The notes under the pieces are model-generated. The model was not told the DNA's origin. It was given only the letters and a program-made list of their open reading frames with translations, and made no database searches. From positions 1 through 64,000 of the forward strand of contig CAWKBC010000035.1 of the NCBI GenBank assembly GCA_963847705.1: DNA of 64,000 nt, written 5' to 3'. Position 1 is the stretch's first letter. The number at the start of each line of letters is the position of its first letter. The position numbers and the translations under genes were made by a program. The DNA comes from an uncultured Pseudomonadota bacterium (GTDB taxonomy: Bacteria > Myxococcota_A > Polyangia > Fen-1088). Shown here piece after piece: positions 10,828 to 21,542 of the stretch.

Positions 10828-13077
10828 CTACGACTGGCTGCGGGCGACGGTGTAGGCGGTCATGCTGACGATGGTGTCGACGTTCGCGTCGCGCGGCAGC
10901 ACGGTGACCGGCTTGTTGACGCCGAGGAGAATCGGCCCGATGGCGGTGGCGCCGCCCAGCGCGGAGAGGACCTTGTAGGCGGCGTTCCCCGCCGACAGCG
11001 TCGGAAAGACGAGCACGTTGGCCTCGTCGGTGAGGCGCGAGAACGGGAAGAGCTCGCGCATCTTGTCGGGCTCGACGGCGATGTCGGCCTGGACCTCGCC
11101 GTCGATCTCCAGATCGGGGCGCAGCCGGCGGACGATGTCGACCGCCTCGGCCATCTTCCTCGACTCGGGGTGGGGTGCCGAGCCGAAGTTGGAGAACGAG
11201 ATCATCGCGATGCGCGGCGTGACCTGGAAGGCGCGCGCGGCGTCGGCCACCTGGATCGCCGTGTCTGCCAGCGTCTCCGCGTCGGGATCGATGTTGACGG
11301 TCGCGTCGGCGAAGAACTTCACGCCGTTCTTCAGCAGCATCATGTACATGCCGGTGGCGCGCCGGACGTCCGGGCGAATGCCCAGGATCTGCAGCGCCGG
11401 GCGGATGGTGTCGGGGTAGGGCGAGGTCAGGCCGGCCACCAGCCCGTCGGCGTCCCCGGTGCGCACCATCATCATGCCGAAGTGGATGCGCCGGTTGACG
11501 AGACGGGTGGCGTTGGAGGCGGTCACCCCCTTGCGGCAGCGCAAGGCCAGGTATTCGGTGGCGTAGGCGGCGTGCCGGGGTGAATCTTGCGGGTTGATGA
11601 TCTCCACCCCCTCGAGATCCAGATCGAGCTCGGCGGCGCGCTGGCGGATCTTCTTCTCGCTGCCGAGCAGGATGGGGTGCGCGATCATCTCGTCGAGCGC
11701 GATCTGACAGGCGCGCAGCACCTTGATGTTGTCGCCGTCCGGGAAGACGATCCGCTTGGGCGCGCTCTTCGCCCGCTGCACGATCTGGCGCATGATCGTG
11801 TGCTGCGTGCCGCCGATGCGGCGCTGCAGCCGCTCGCGGTACTCGTCGAGATCCAGCGTCAGTCGTGCGGCCCCCGACTTCATGGCCGCCTCGGCCACCG
11901 CCGGCGCGCACCACCAGAGGACGCGCGTGTCGAACGGCTTGGGGATGATGTAGTCCGGACCGAACTTGAAGGCGCTCACGTCGTAGGCCTCGGCGACGGA
12001 GTCCGGCACCGGCTCGTGCGCCAGCGCGGCCAGCGCGTGCGCGGCGGCGATCTTCATCGCCTCGTTGATCTCCTTGGCGCGCACGTCGAGCGCGCCGCGG
12101 AAGACGTAGGGGAAGCCGAGGACGTTGTTCACCTGGTTGGGGAAGTCGCTCCGTCCGGTGGCCACGATGGCGTCGGGCCGCGCCTCCTTCGCCTCGGCGT
12201 AGCCGATCTCGGGATCGGGGTTGGCCAGCGCGAAGACGAGCGGCCGGGGCGCCATCGTCTTCAGCATCTCGGCCGTGCAGAGCCCCGCCTTCGACAGGCC
12301 CAGGAAGAGATCGGCGCCGCGCAGCGCATCGGCGCGCGTCCGGGCGCCGTCGTCCTGGCGCGCGAACCGCGCCTTCCACTGGTTCATCCCCTGCTCGCGC
12401 CCCGCGTAGATCACCCCGATCGAATCGACCATGGTGATGTTCTCCAGGGAGACGCCGAGCGAGACGTAGAAGTTGGCGCAGGCGATCGCCGAGGCGCCCG
12501 CGCCGGAGATGACGACCTTGAGGTCGGCCAGCTTCCTGCCGGTGATCTCGGCGCCGTTGAGCAGCGCGGCGCCCGAGATGATGGCGGTGCCGTGCTGATC
12601 GTCGTGGAAGACCGGGATGGCCATGCGCGCGCGCAGCCCGGCCTCGATCTCGAAGCACTCCGGCGCCTTCAGGTCCTCGAGGTTGATGCCGCCGAAGGTC
12701 GGCTCCAGCGCAGCGACGATGTCGATGAAGCGCGCCGAATCGCGCGCGTCGACCTCCAGATCGTACACGTCGATGTCGGCGAACTTCTTGAAGAGGCAGG
12801 CCTTCCCCTCCATCACCGGCTTGCTGGCCAGCGGCCCGATGTTGCCGAGGCCGAGAACCGCCGTCCCGTTGCTGACGACCGCGACCAGGTTGCCCCGGGC
12901 GGTGTACTCCCAGACCGTCTCGGGGTTGGCGGCAATCTCCAGGCAGGGCTCGGCGACGCCGGGCGAGTACGCCAGCGACAGATCGCGCTGCGTGACCAAC
13001 GGCTTGGTCGGAACCACCTCCAGCTTCCCGGGCCGCCCTACCCGGTGATATTCAAGCGCGTCGTTTTTCCGGATCAT
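10828..13077 (-). CDS. maeB: NADP-dependent malic enzyme with C-terminal PTA-like domain
   Basis: [53 protein letters not shown], followed by a PTA-like domain. Confidence 0.96.
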   Translation of the reverse strand: MIRKNDALEYHRVGRPGKLEVVPTKPLVTQRDLSLAYSPGVAEPCLEIAANPETVWEYTARGNLVAVVSNGTAVLGLGNIGPLASKPVMEGKACLFKKFADIDVYDLEVDARDSARFIDIVAALEPTFGGINLEDLKAPECFEIEAGLRARMAIPVFHDDQHGTAIISGAALLNGAEITGRKLADLKVVISGAGASAIACANFYVSLGVSLENITMVDSIGVIYAGREQGMNQWKARFARQDDGARTRADALRGADLFLGLSKAGLCTAEMLKTMAPRPLVFALANPDPEIGYAEAKEARPDAIVATGRSDFPNQVNNVLGFPYVFRGALDVRAKEINEAMKIAAAHALAALAHEPVPDSVAEAYDVSAFKFGPDYIIPKPFDTRVLWWCAPAVAEAAMKSGAARLTLDLDEYRERLQRRIGGTQHTIMRQIVQRAKSAPKRIVFPDGDNIKVLRACQIALDEMIAHPILLGSEKKIRQRAAELDLDLEGVEIINPQDSPRHAAYATEYLALRCRKGVTASNATRLVNRRIHFGMMMVRTGDADGLVAGLTSPYPDTIRPALQILGIRPDVRRATGMYMMLLKNGVKFFADATVNIDPDAETLADTAIQVADAARAFQVTPRIAMISFSNFGSAPHPESRKMAEAVDIVRRLRPDLEIDGEVQADIAVEPDKMRELFPFSRLTDEANVLVFPTLSAGNAAYKVLSALGGATAIGPILLGVNKPVTVLPRDANVDTIVSMTAYTVARSQS

Positions 13078-13189
13078 TTTTTCGCCCGGAACCCTAACAG
13101 GCTTCCGCGCCTCCCGCGATCAGGTCGAACCAGCTTTTTGGCGCCGCGCCAGAGCGACCGCAGGGAGCGCGTTCATCGACAGGAGCGCG

Positions 13190-13241
13190 AAGCGCCGAAG
13201 GCGCGAACCGGGAAGCCCCCTTCGCAAGCGCCGAAGGCGCG
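13190..13241. repeat. Two 16-bp direct repeats, each a GCGCC-GAA-GGCGC hairpin (REP-like)
   Basis: aagcgccgaaggcgcg at 13190-13205 and 13226-13241, intergenic. Confidence 0.6.
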
Positions 13242-13242
13242 C

Positions 13243-14499
13243 TCACACGTGCAGATGGCGGCGCTTGGCGCGTCTCGCCTTGAGGACGTACTGGTGGGTC
13301 ATCGTCGCTTGCGGCGGAATCACGAAGTCGCCCAGAGTGCGGAGCGGATTGGTGACGCGGTCGTCGACGCGCACCTCGAAGTGCAGGTGGGGCGGCGAGA
13401 CCTTGACGCCGGTGCGACCGACGTATCCGATCGTCTCCCCCGCCTTCACTTCCTGCCTGTCGGCCACGATGTACGACGACAGGTGCATGTAACAGGAGAC
13501 GATCCGCCTGGGTTCCGGTCTGTGCTCGATGCAGAGGTAGATGCCGCCCACGCCCAGGGTGCGCGTGGCGTAGCGCGCGATCTTGTCGGGCGGGATCGGC
13601 CCCTTGCGGGCGTGTCCCGGCACGTTCGCCCCGGCGAAGATCACCGTTCCGTCGGCGATGGAGCGCACCGGCTCCCCGATCGTCGCCGTGATGTCGAGCC
13701 CGCGATGGCGGCGCGCCCCGCCGTCACGCTCGTCGCCCGGACCGCTGGTCGCCACCCGCGGCGTCCCCTCCAGCGGCGATACGATGGTGATCCCGATCGG
13801 CGCCTCCCGCGTGGCGTCCGGCGTTCCGAGGTAGCTGCAGACCATGCGGCGCCGCGCGGTCAGGATCAGATCCTCGTGCCCGCTCGACCTCACCTCGTCA
13901 CCCCAGATGAAGTGGGAGACGCCCCCGCGGTGGGCCGCGCCGCCGAAGGCTTCATCGAGCTCCTGGTGCTTGGCGTTCCACATGGCGAGCAGCGCTGCCC
14001 CGACCGTCAGGTTGTTCTGCGGATCCAACAGCCGCCGCGAGGTCAGGTCACCCCGATCGACCGGCGGCTCCGGCGCGCCCGGCACCCGGTACATCCCCGG
14101 CTCGATCGCCAGCAGGCCATAGAGACCGTCCTTGTGAAATCCCGGATCGCACTTGCTGCCGAAGTAGCCGAGGGCGGCCAGCGTGAAGGGATCGATCTGC
14201 GCGGCGGCGGCGGCGGTCAGGATCTGCGTCGCGAGCGCCGCCCTGGGCGAATCGGGCGCCACCCGGCACAGGTGCGCGTAGGCGGCCTGGAAGCGCGCGG
14301 CGTCAATCGGCGCCGGCACCTCCGGCTCGGCGGGCCAGGTCGCCGGATCGCGCAGCTGATGGGCCGGTTTCGGCTCGACGCTGGGCGCGCGGGCGGGCCA
14401 GGGGCGGGCCAGCGCCGGGCGCGTGCCGCCCAAGAGCAGCCCTCCGCCGAGAACGAGGGCGTAGCCCAAGAAGCGGCTATGGAGGGGGCCGGGCCTCAA
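13243..14499 (-). CDS. M23 peptidase with N-terminal degenerate SLT-like domain
   Basis: HRGLD and HLHFE M23 zinc motifs; N-terminal IDPFTLAAL..S..GLLAI..LLDPQNNLTVGAALL. Confidence 0.85.
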   Translation of the reverse strand: MRPGPLHSRFLGYALVLGGGLLLGGTRPALARPWPARAPSVEPKPAHQLRDPATWPAEPEVPAPIDAARFQAAYAHLCRVAPDSPRAALATQILTAAAAAQIDPFTLAALGYFGSKCDPGFHKDGLYGLLAIEPGMYRVPGAPEPPVDRGDLTSRRLLDPQNNLTVGAALLAMWNAKHQELDEAFGGAAHRGGVSHFIWGDEVRSSGHEDLILTARRRMVCSYLGTPDATREAPIGITIVSPLEGTPRVATSGPGDERDGGARRHRGLDITATIGEPVRSIADGTVIFAGANVPGHARKGPIPPDKIARYATRTLGVGGIYLCIEHRPEPRRIVSCYMHLSSYIVADRQEVKAGETIGYVGRTGVKVSPPHLHFEVRVDDRVTNPLRTLGDFVIPPQATMTHQYVLKARRAKRRHLHV

Positions 14500-14565
14500 G
14501 GAGGGGAATATAGGCCCGATTCCCGCGGTCGGGTGGGGTAAACGACCTGGGGAAAAGCCCGGATT

Positions 14566-16146
14566 TTACTGCGGGCAGACCACCACGCAGCCGCAGTCGA
14601 ACTCGCCACCCACGATGAGGTTCGAGGTGGGCGAGTAGGCCAGGGCGATGACGTCGTAGGACGTGTCGTACTCCACCCCGACCTCCGACCCGTCGGTCAG
14701 GGTATAGGCGGTCAGGCTGCCGAAGTCCCCTCCGCCCACGGCGAGGTACCCGTAGACCGGACTGAACACGACGGCGCCGACGTGGTCGGAGAGCGTTTGA
14801 CCCGTGATGCTGATCTGCCCGTCGGGGAGGGCGTTCGAGCTGGTCGGGTAGTTCCACAGCGTGAGGATCCCGTCATCTCCACCAGCGGCGAACACGCTGG
14901 CCTGCGGCGAGAACGCCGCTCCCTCGGCCGTCGAGCCATCGCTGGTCACCGTCAGTGACAGCGGCGTCCCGAAGGACTTCGCCGAGGCCGACCAGTCGTA
15001 AATCGAGGCGTCCCCGTTGCCGTCGGTCACGGCGACCGGAACCGCGCCCGACACGTTGACCGGCGCGACGGCCATCCCGAAAGGTGAGGTCAGCGTCAGG
15101 CTGGCGAGCGCCTGCGTGGTTCCGACCGCGTGGGCGTAGAGCGTGCCCGTGACCCCGGCGCCGCTGCTGGGAGCCGTGGTGGTGAAGACCGTCGTCCCGT
15201 CCGCGGAGAACCCCACGGCGTAGGCCTCGTCGCCGGTGGCCGTCGTCAGCGTGCGCGTGAGCGTCCAGGAGGAGACGTTCACGATGTCGACGCCCCCGAT
15301 GCGCCCGACCGCCAGGCTCGAGCCGTCCGGTGAGAACGCGACCGCACCGAGCCCGGTTCCCGAAAGAACCGTCCCCTGCGCCGTCAGCGTGCCGTTGCTG
15401 TTGGTCCAGACCTTGATTCGTCCGTCGGTTCCGCCCGTCACCGCGATGGTCCCGTTCGGCGAGAACGCGACCCCGTACACGCTCACGTCAGCCGTGGTGC
15501 CGTAGCTGCAGCTGGCGCAGGTGCCGCTGCTGCCGTGATCGATCTCGGTGCAGGCCGAGAAGTCCGGCGGCGCCCCTGTGCCACTGCCACCGCCCGTCGA
15601 ACCGCCGGTTCCGGCCGTTCCGCCGGTTCCGCCCGTGCCGCCGGTCCCGCCCGTGCCGCGTGTCCCGCCCGTTCCGCCGGTTCCGCCGGTTCCGCCGGTT
15701 CCGCGTGTCCCGCCCGTTCCGCGCGTCCCGCCAGTTCCGTCGTTCGGACAGGTCATCGCGTCGTCCAGCGTGATCTGGACGTCGACGGTGGCACCAGCTT
15801 CCGCGATGTCGACCGTGGCGCTGCCCGCGTAACCATCGCCACACGCGGCGCCCACCGCCTCCGCCTTGACGGTCTGCGTCCCGGTGGTGCTCGAGGGGAT
15901 GTAGAGCCCCACCGAGACCGGCGTGGTCGAAATGGGCGACGGCAGCTCGAAGACCTGTCTGGTCCCCGCGCAGCTCACGACCAGCGAGCGAAGGCCGGTC
16001 GCGTAGCTGTCGTCCTCCGCGCTGACCGTCACCACGATGAGCGATTCCTTGGTCTGACAGCCGACGAGCGACGCAAATGCCACGAGCGCCGTGGCGACCG
16101 CGACACCCGGGGCCGCCCCGCGAAGGCACCGGCTTGGACGATTCAT
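14566..16146 (-). CDS. WD40-repeat lipoprotein with GTGG linker
   Basis: ATG 16146 overlaps the upstream stop (ATGA). Lipobox LVGC, (GTG)n repeats, VAFSP.G repeats. Confidence 0.8.
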   Translation of the reverse strand: MNRPSRCLRGAAPGVAVATALVAFASLVGCQTKESLIVVTVSAEDDSYATGLRSLVVSCAGTRQVFELPSPISTTPVSVGLYIPSSTTGTQTVKAEAVGAACGDGYAGSATVDIAEAGATVDVQITLDDAMTCPNDGTGGTRGTGGTRGTGGTGGTGGTGGTRGTGGTGGTGGTGGTAGTGGSTGGGSGTGAPPDFSACTEIDHGSSGTCASCSYGTTADVSVYGVAFSPNGTIAVTGGTDGRIKVWTNSNGTLTAQGTVLSGTGLGAVAFSPDGSSLAVGRIGGVDIVNVSSWTLTRTLTTATGDEAYAVGFSADGTTVFTTTAPSSGAGVTGTLYAHAVGTTQALASLTLTSPFGMAVAPVNVSGAVPVAVTDGNGDASIYDWSASAKSFGTPLSLTVTSDGSTAEGAAFSPQASVFAAGGDDGILTLWNYPTSSNALPDGQISITGQTLSDHVGAVVFSPVYGYLAVGGGDFGSLTAYTLTDGSEVGVEYDTSYDVIALAYSPTSNLIVGGEFDCGCVVVCPQ

Positions 16147-16844
16147 GGACAGATCACGCCCGCGGGACAGGCGGGCTTGCTCGTCCCGCTGCTGAGGACG
16201 ACGGCCGTGACCACCCCGCCGACCACCACGGCGCCGACGATCGTCCAGAACCACCACTTGGTGTAGACCGGCCCGGAGGACTCCGGCTGCGGTTGCGTCG
16301 GCTGCGCCACCAGCGCGCCGCTCGGCTGCTGCTGATCGGCCCCGGGCGGGTAGGCCGCCGGAGCTCCGCTGGGGGGGTAGGCGCCGGCCGGCTGGACGGT
16401 GTAGCCGGGCGGCGGCCCCTCGGGCTGCGCCGGCTGGATCTGCTGGACCGGCGGGACGGGCACCAGCACGGGTGGTGTTGCTTGCGGCTTGCCGGCCTGC
16501 TCGTCGCGCAGCGCCTCCATTTCCTTGATGTAGCCGTTGATCTGGGCCTTCTCGTCCGGCGTGAGCTTCTTCGCCTTCTCGAGGTAGTCCCGGAACTTGT
16601 CGATCGCCTTGTCCGGCTGCTTGAGCTTCTGGTAGCAGCGCCCGATGTTGCGCAAGTAGATGGGGTTGAAGGAGTTGGAGTAGAGGGCCGCGTACAGCTC
16701 CAGTGCCTCGTCGTACCGGCCGGCCGCGAATGCCTGGACGGCCTTCTGATCTTCGTGGTCGGCCGCGCGCTCGGCGTCCGCCGTGCCCGCGAAGGCCAGC
16801 GCCATCACGAGAACGGCACCCAGCACCGCTCCCCCCCGTTTCAT
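16143..16844 (-). CDS. TPR protein with signal peptide and C-terminal membrane anchor
   Basis: TPR-like GRYDEALELY..YLRNIGRCYQKL, Pro-rich linker, PVYTKWWFWTIVGAVVVGG. Confidence 0.8.
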   Translation of the reverse strand: MKRGGAVLGAVLVMALAFAGTADAERAADHEDQKAVQAFAAGRYDEALELYAALYSNSFNPIYLRNIGRCYQKLKQPDKAIDKFRDYLEKAKKLTPDEKAQINGYIKEMEALRDEQAGKPQATPPVLVPVPPVQQIQPAQPEGPPPGYTVQPAGAYPPSGAPAAYPPGADQQQPSGALVAQPTQPQPESSGPVYTKWWFWTIVGAVVVGGVVTAVVLSSGTSKPACPAGVICP

Positions 16845-16946
16845 CGAGCGATCCATCAGGGATAAACAGTAAAGCCAGCCCGCCGTCCGAGTCAAAGACC
16901 CGCCCCCTGGCGACGACGCGGGGGTTCGCGGTTACCATGTGTGACA

Positions 16947-18842
16947 ATGGGCGATCTCGGCGACATCGATCTGCACCTCTTCGCCGAAGGGACCCACGCG
17001 CGGGTCTACGAGCACCTCGGCGCCCACCCCACGACGCGGGGGGGGCGCCCCGGCGTCGCCTTCGCGGTGTGGGCGCCCAACGCCGCCCGCGTCGCCGTCA
17101 TCGGCGACTTCGAAGGGTGGGGGACGGCGCCGGTGCCGCTGGCGATGCACGCGGCCTCGGGGATCTGGGAAGGGTTCATCCCCGATCTCGGCAAGGGGAC
17201 GCACTACAAGTATCGAATCGACGCGAGGCAAGGGGGGTACCGCGTCGACAAGGCCGACCCCTACGCCATCCGCAGCGAGCTGCCCCCCGCGACGGCGTCG
17301 ATCGTCTGGGACCTCGACTACGACTGGGGCGACGCCGGCTGGATGCAGGAGCGGCGAGCCAGGAACGCGCTCGACGCGCCCCAGGCGATCTACGAAGTGC
17401 ACCTGGGGTCCTGGATGCGCGTCCCGGAGGAGGAGAACCGCTGGCTCAGCTACCGGGAGATCGCCCCCAAGCTGGCGGCCCATGTCCGGCGCTGCGGCTT
17501 CACCCACGTCGAGCTGATGCCGATCGCCGAGCACCCGTTCTACCCGTCGTGGGGTTATCAGGTGACCGGCTTCTTCGCGCCGACCGCGCGCTACGGCACG
17601 CCGCAGGACTTCATGTTCTTCGTCGATCTGCTGCACCGCGAGGGGATCGGCGTCATTCTCGACTGGACACCGGCGCACTTTCCCACTGACGAGCACGGCC
17701 TCATCTACTTCGACGGCACCCACCTCTACGAGCACGCCGATCCGCGCGAAGGAATCCACGCCGAGTGGGGGAGCGCCATCTTCAACTTCGGCCGCAAGGA
17801 GGTGCGCAGCTTCCTCATCTCCAACGCCAACTTCTGGCTCGACCGCTACCACATCGACGGGCTGCGGGTCGACGCGGTCGCCTCGATGCTCTACCGGGAC
17901 TACGGCCGGAAAGCGGGCGAGTGGGTGGCCAACCAGTACGGCGGCAACGAGAACCTCGAAGCCATCGACCTGCTGCGCACGTTCAACACCTCCGTCTACC
18001 GCGAGCACCCCGACACGCAGACCATCGCCGAGGAGTCGACGTCGTGGCCGGGCGTCTCACGCCCGACCTACACCGGAGGGCTGGGGTTCGGGCTCAAGTG
18101 GGACATGGGCTGGATGCACGACGCGCTGGCGTATTTCGCGACCGATCCGATCGGGCGCCGCTATCACCACCACCAGCTCACCTTCCGCAGCATGTACTTC
18201 TGGAGCGAGAACTACGTCCTGCCGCTGTCGCACGACGAGGTCGTCCACGGCAAGCGCTCGCTCTTGCAGAAGATGCACGGCGATCTCTGGCAGCGGTTCG
18301 CCAACCTGCGGCTGCTCTACGCCTCCATGTGGGCCCAGCCGGGGAAGAAGCTGCTGTTTCAAGGCGGCGAGATCGGCCAGTACAACGAGTGGGCCCACGA
18401 TCGCAGCGTCGACTGGCACCTGCTGGGCGACTCGGAGCTGCACGTCCAGCTCATGGCGATGATCATGGAGCTCAACCGCCTCTACAAGAGCGTGCCCGCG
18501 CTGCACGTTCACGACGTCGGCCTGGCCGGATTCGAGTGGATCGACGCCAACGATGACGACAACAGCGTCTACACCTTCCTGCGCAAGGGGGACGCGCCCG
18601 AGGAGGTCGTGCTGGTGGTCTTCAACTCGACGCCGATCCCCCGCCACGACTACCGGGTCGGCGTCCCGCTGGGCGGCGTCTGGCGCGAGATCCTGAACAC
18701 CGACGCCGCCGCGTTCGGCGGCAGCGGGATGGGGAACCTGGGCGCCGTCACCGCCGACGCCATCCCCTTTCACGCACGGCCGGCTTCGCTGCGCCTCACG
18801 CTGCCGCCGCTGGCCGCGCTCTACCTGGCGCCCGACCGCTAA
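16947..18842 (+). CDS. glgB: 1,4-alpha-glucan branching enzyme
   Basis: FAVWAPNA, IYEVHLGSW, SWGYQVTG, DGLRVDAVASMLY, IAEEST, KWDMGWMHD, LSHDEVVHGK. Confidence 0.97.
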   Translation: MGDLGDIDLHLFAEGTHARVYEHLGAHPTTRGGRPGVAFAVWAPNAARVAVIGDFEGWGTAPVPLAMHAASGIWEGFIPDLGKGTHYKYRIDARQGGYRVDKADPYAIRSELPPATASIVWDLDYDWGDAGWMQERRARNALDAPQAIYEVHLGSWMRVPEEENRWLSYREIAPKLAAHVRRCGFTHVELMPIAEHPFYPSWGYQVTGFFAPTARYGTPQDFMFFVDLLHREGIGVILDWTPAHFPTDEHGLIYFDGTHLYEHADPREGIHAEWGSAIFNFGRKEVRSFLISNANFWLDRYHIDGLRVDAVASMLYRDYGRKAGEWVANQYGGNENLEAIDLLRTFNTSVYREHPDTQTIAEESTSWPGVSRPTYTGGLGFGLKWDMGWMHDALAYFATDPIGRRYHHHQLTFRSMYFWSENYVLPLSHDEVVHGKRSLLQKMHGDLWQRFANLRLLYASMWAQPGKKLLFQGGEIGQYNEWAHDRSVDWHLLGDSELHVQLMAMIMELNRLYKSVPALHVHDVGLAGFEWIDANDDDNSVYTFLRKGDAPEEVVLVVFNSTPIPRHDYRVGVPLGGVWREILNTDAAAFGGSGMGNLGAVTADAIPFHARPASLRLTLPPLAALYLAPDR

Positions 18843-18882
18843 AACGCCGGCGTCGGAGCCCGGGTCGATCGCGTGGGCGAGG

Positions 18883-18941
18883 GCGAGCTTTGCTCGCCGG
18901 AGCCCTTCGCGGGAGGGGTTGGGAACCCTCCCGGGGTTCCC
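18883..18941. repeat. REP-like palindrome cluster between convergent genes
   Basis: gcgagctttgctcgc (reverse complement of 50423-50437) plus hairpin gggaaccc-tccc-ggggttccc. Confidence 0.6.
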
Positions 18942-18944
18942 CAA

Positions 18945-19739
18945 TCAGCCGAAGCGGAGCTGCAGGGCGACGCCGGCGCCGAAGGTGCGCGCCGCTTCGT
19001 TGCGGCTGATGTCGGGGAACAGGATCCAGGTCCGCAGGTCGACCAGGTGGGTGAGCGAGGTGCCCAGCCCGAAGCCGAGCGGATAGCGATCGCCGCCGCC
19101 GTTGCTGTAGACCTGCAGGCCGAACAGGGGCCCCAGCCAGAGCGTCCGCGTCGCCTGGATCCAGAGATGGATCGGCACGCTGACCACCGTCTGGGTCGGG
19201 TTGGTGAAGATGATGGGAACATAGAGGCCGGTGTCGACGCGCAGCGATCCGGCGCGCAGCATGATCGGCAGCCCGAACATCATCCCGAACGACGACCCAT
19301 TTTCGATCGGCAAGTAGGCCCGCCACTCGAGCCCCAGCTCGGCGGTCGAGCCGCGCGCCACCGCCCAGCGGAGGTGAAGCTCGGGGTTGGCCAAGGTGTC
19401 GAAGTCGGTGCCGAAGGTCTCGGTGTCGAACGGCCGGCCGTAGCGATCGGCTTGCGTCGCCTGCCCGGCATCGTCCAGCCGGAGTCCGGTCCGGACGCCA
19501 AACTCCAGCTCGTGGGTGACCCCCACTGACAGCGCCAGGTTCAAACCGAAGCCGGTCACCGAGCCGTCGTCGGGAAGCCCGTCGGGCTCGTGACCGAGAC
19601 CGAGACCGAGATCGACGGCCACCTCGCCCCGGGGCAAGACGATGCTGCGATAGACCCAGGGCGCATCGGCACGGGCGACGCACGCCCAGGCCAAGACCAC
19701 GACCAGGAAAACGGCGGCGGCGGCTCCCTTCCAGCGCAT
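18945..19739 (-). CDS. Hypothetical outer-membrane beta-barrel protein
   Basis: Signal peptide MRWKG...ARA|D, amphipathic strands, C-terminal LQLRFG. Confidence 0.65.
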   Translation of the reverse strand: MRWKGAAAAVFLVVVLAWACVARADAPWVYRSIVLPRGEVAVDLGLGLGHEPDGLPDDGSVTGFGLNLALSVGVTHELEFGVRTGLRLDDAGQATQADRYGRPFDTETFGTDFDTLANPELHLRWAVARGSTAELGLEWRAYLPIENGSSFGMMFGLPIMLRAGSLRVDTGLYVPIIFTNPTQTVVSVPIHLWIQATRTLWLGPLFGLQVYSNGGGDRYPLGFGLGTSLTHLVDLRTWILFPDISRNEAARTFGAGVALQLRFG

Positions 19740-19759
19740 GTGCGGGTTATACATCCACC

Positions 19760-21278
<1,519 letters not shown>

Positions 21279-21298
<20 letters not shown>

Positions 21299-21470
21299 CC
21301 TGGCGGGAAATCCTTCGCGCTGCTGTCGCTGATCGCGGCGCCGGCCGTGCTGACGAACGCGGCCTCGGTGCTGGCGCTCAGCACCAGCAGCAGGTTCCTT
21401 CGCGCCAGCGAGCGGATGCGGGCGCTCTCGGTGCGCACGGAGGACCAGCTCGCCGCCCGTCTGACCGCCC
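21279..21470 (+). pseudogene. Truncated, frameshifted DUF2721-like membrane protein remnant
   Basis: ATG 21279 MPGPPTDLAG(NP), frame break near 21310, then FALLSLIAAPAVLTNAASVLALSTSSRFLRASERMR, which resembles the DUF2721 N-terminus from memory. No downstream TM helices. Confidence 0.55.
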
Positions 21471-21542
21471 CTGGGTCAAGGCCCCGGGAGGCGAAGCGGC
21501 GGTTCTTCGTCTCTCCTGGTGACAGAGGGGAGCCGCAGAATT

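Noticed and set aside
9180-15740. GTGG-type repeats in the lectin (about 9180-9620) and WD40 (about 15580-15740) genes as novel repeat elements
   Set aside because: Ordinary low-complexity linkers of myxobacterial exported proteins.
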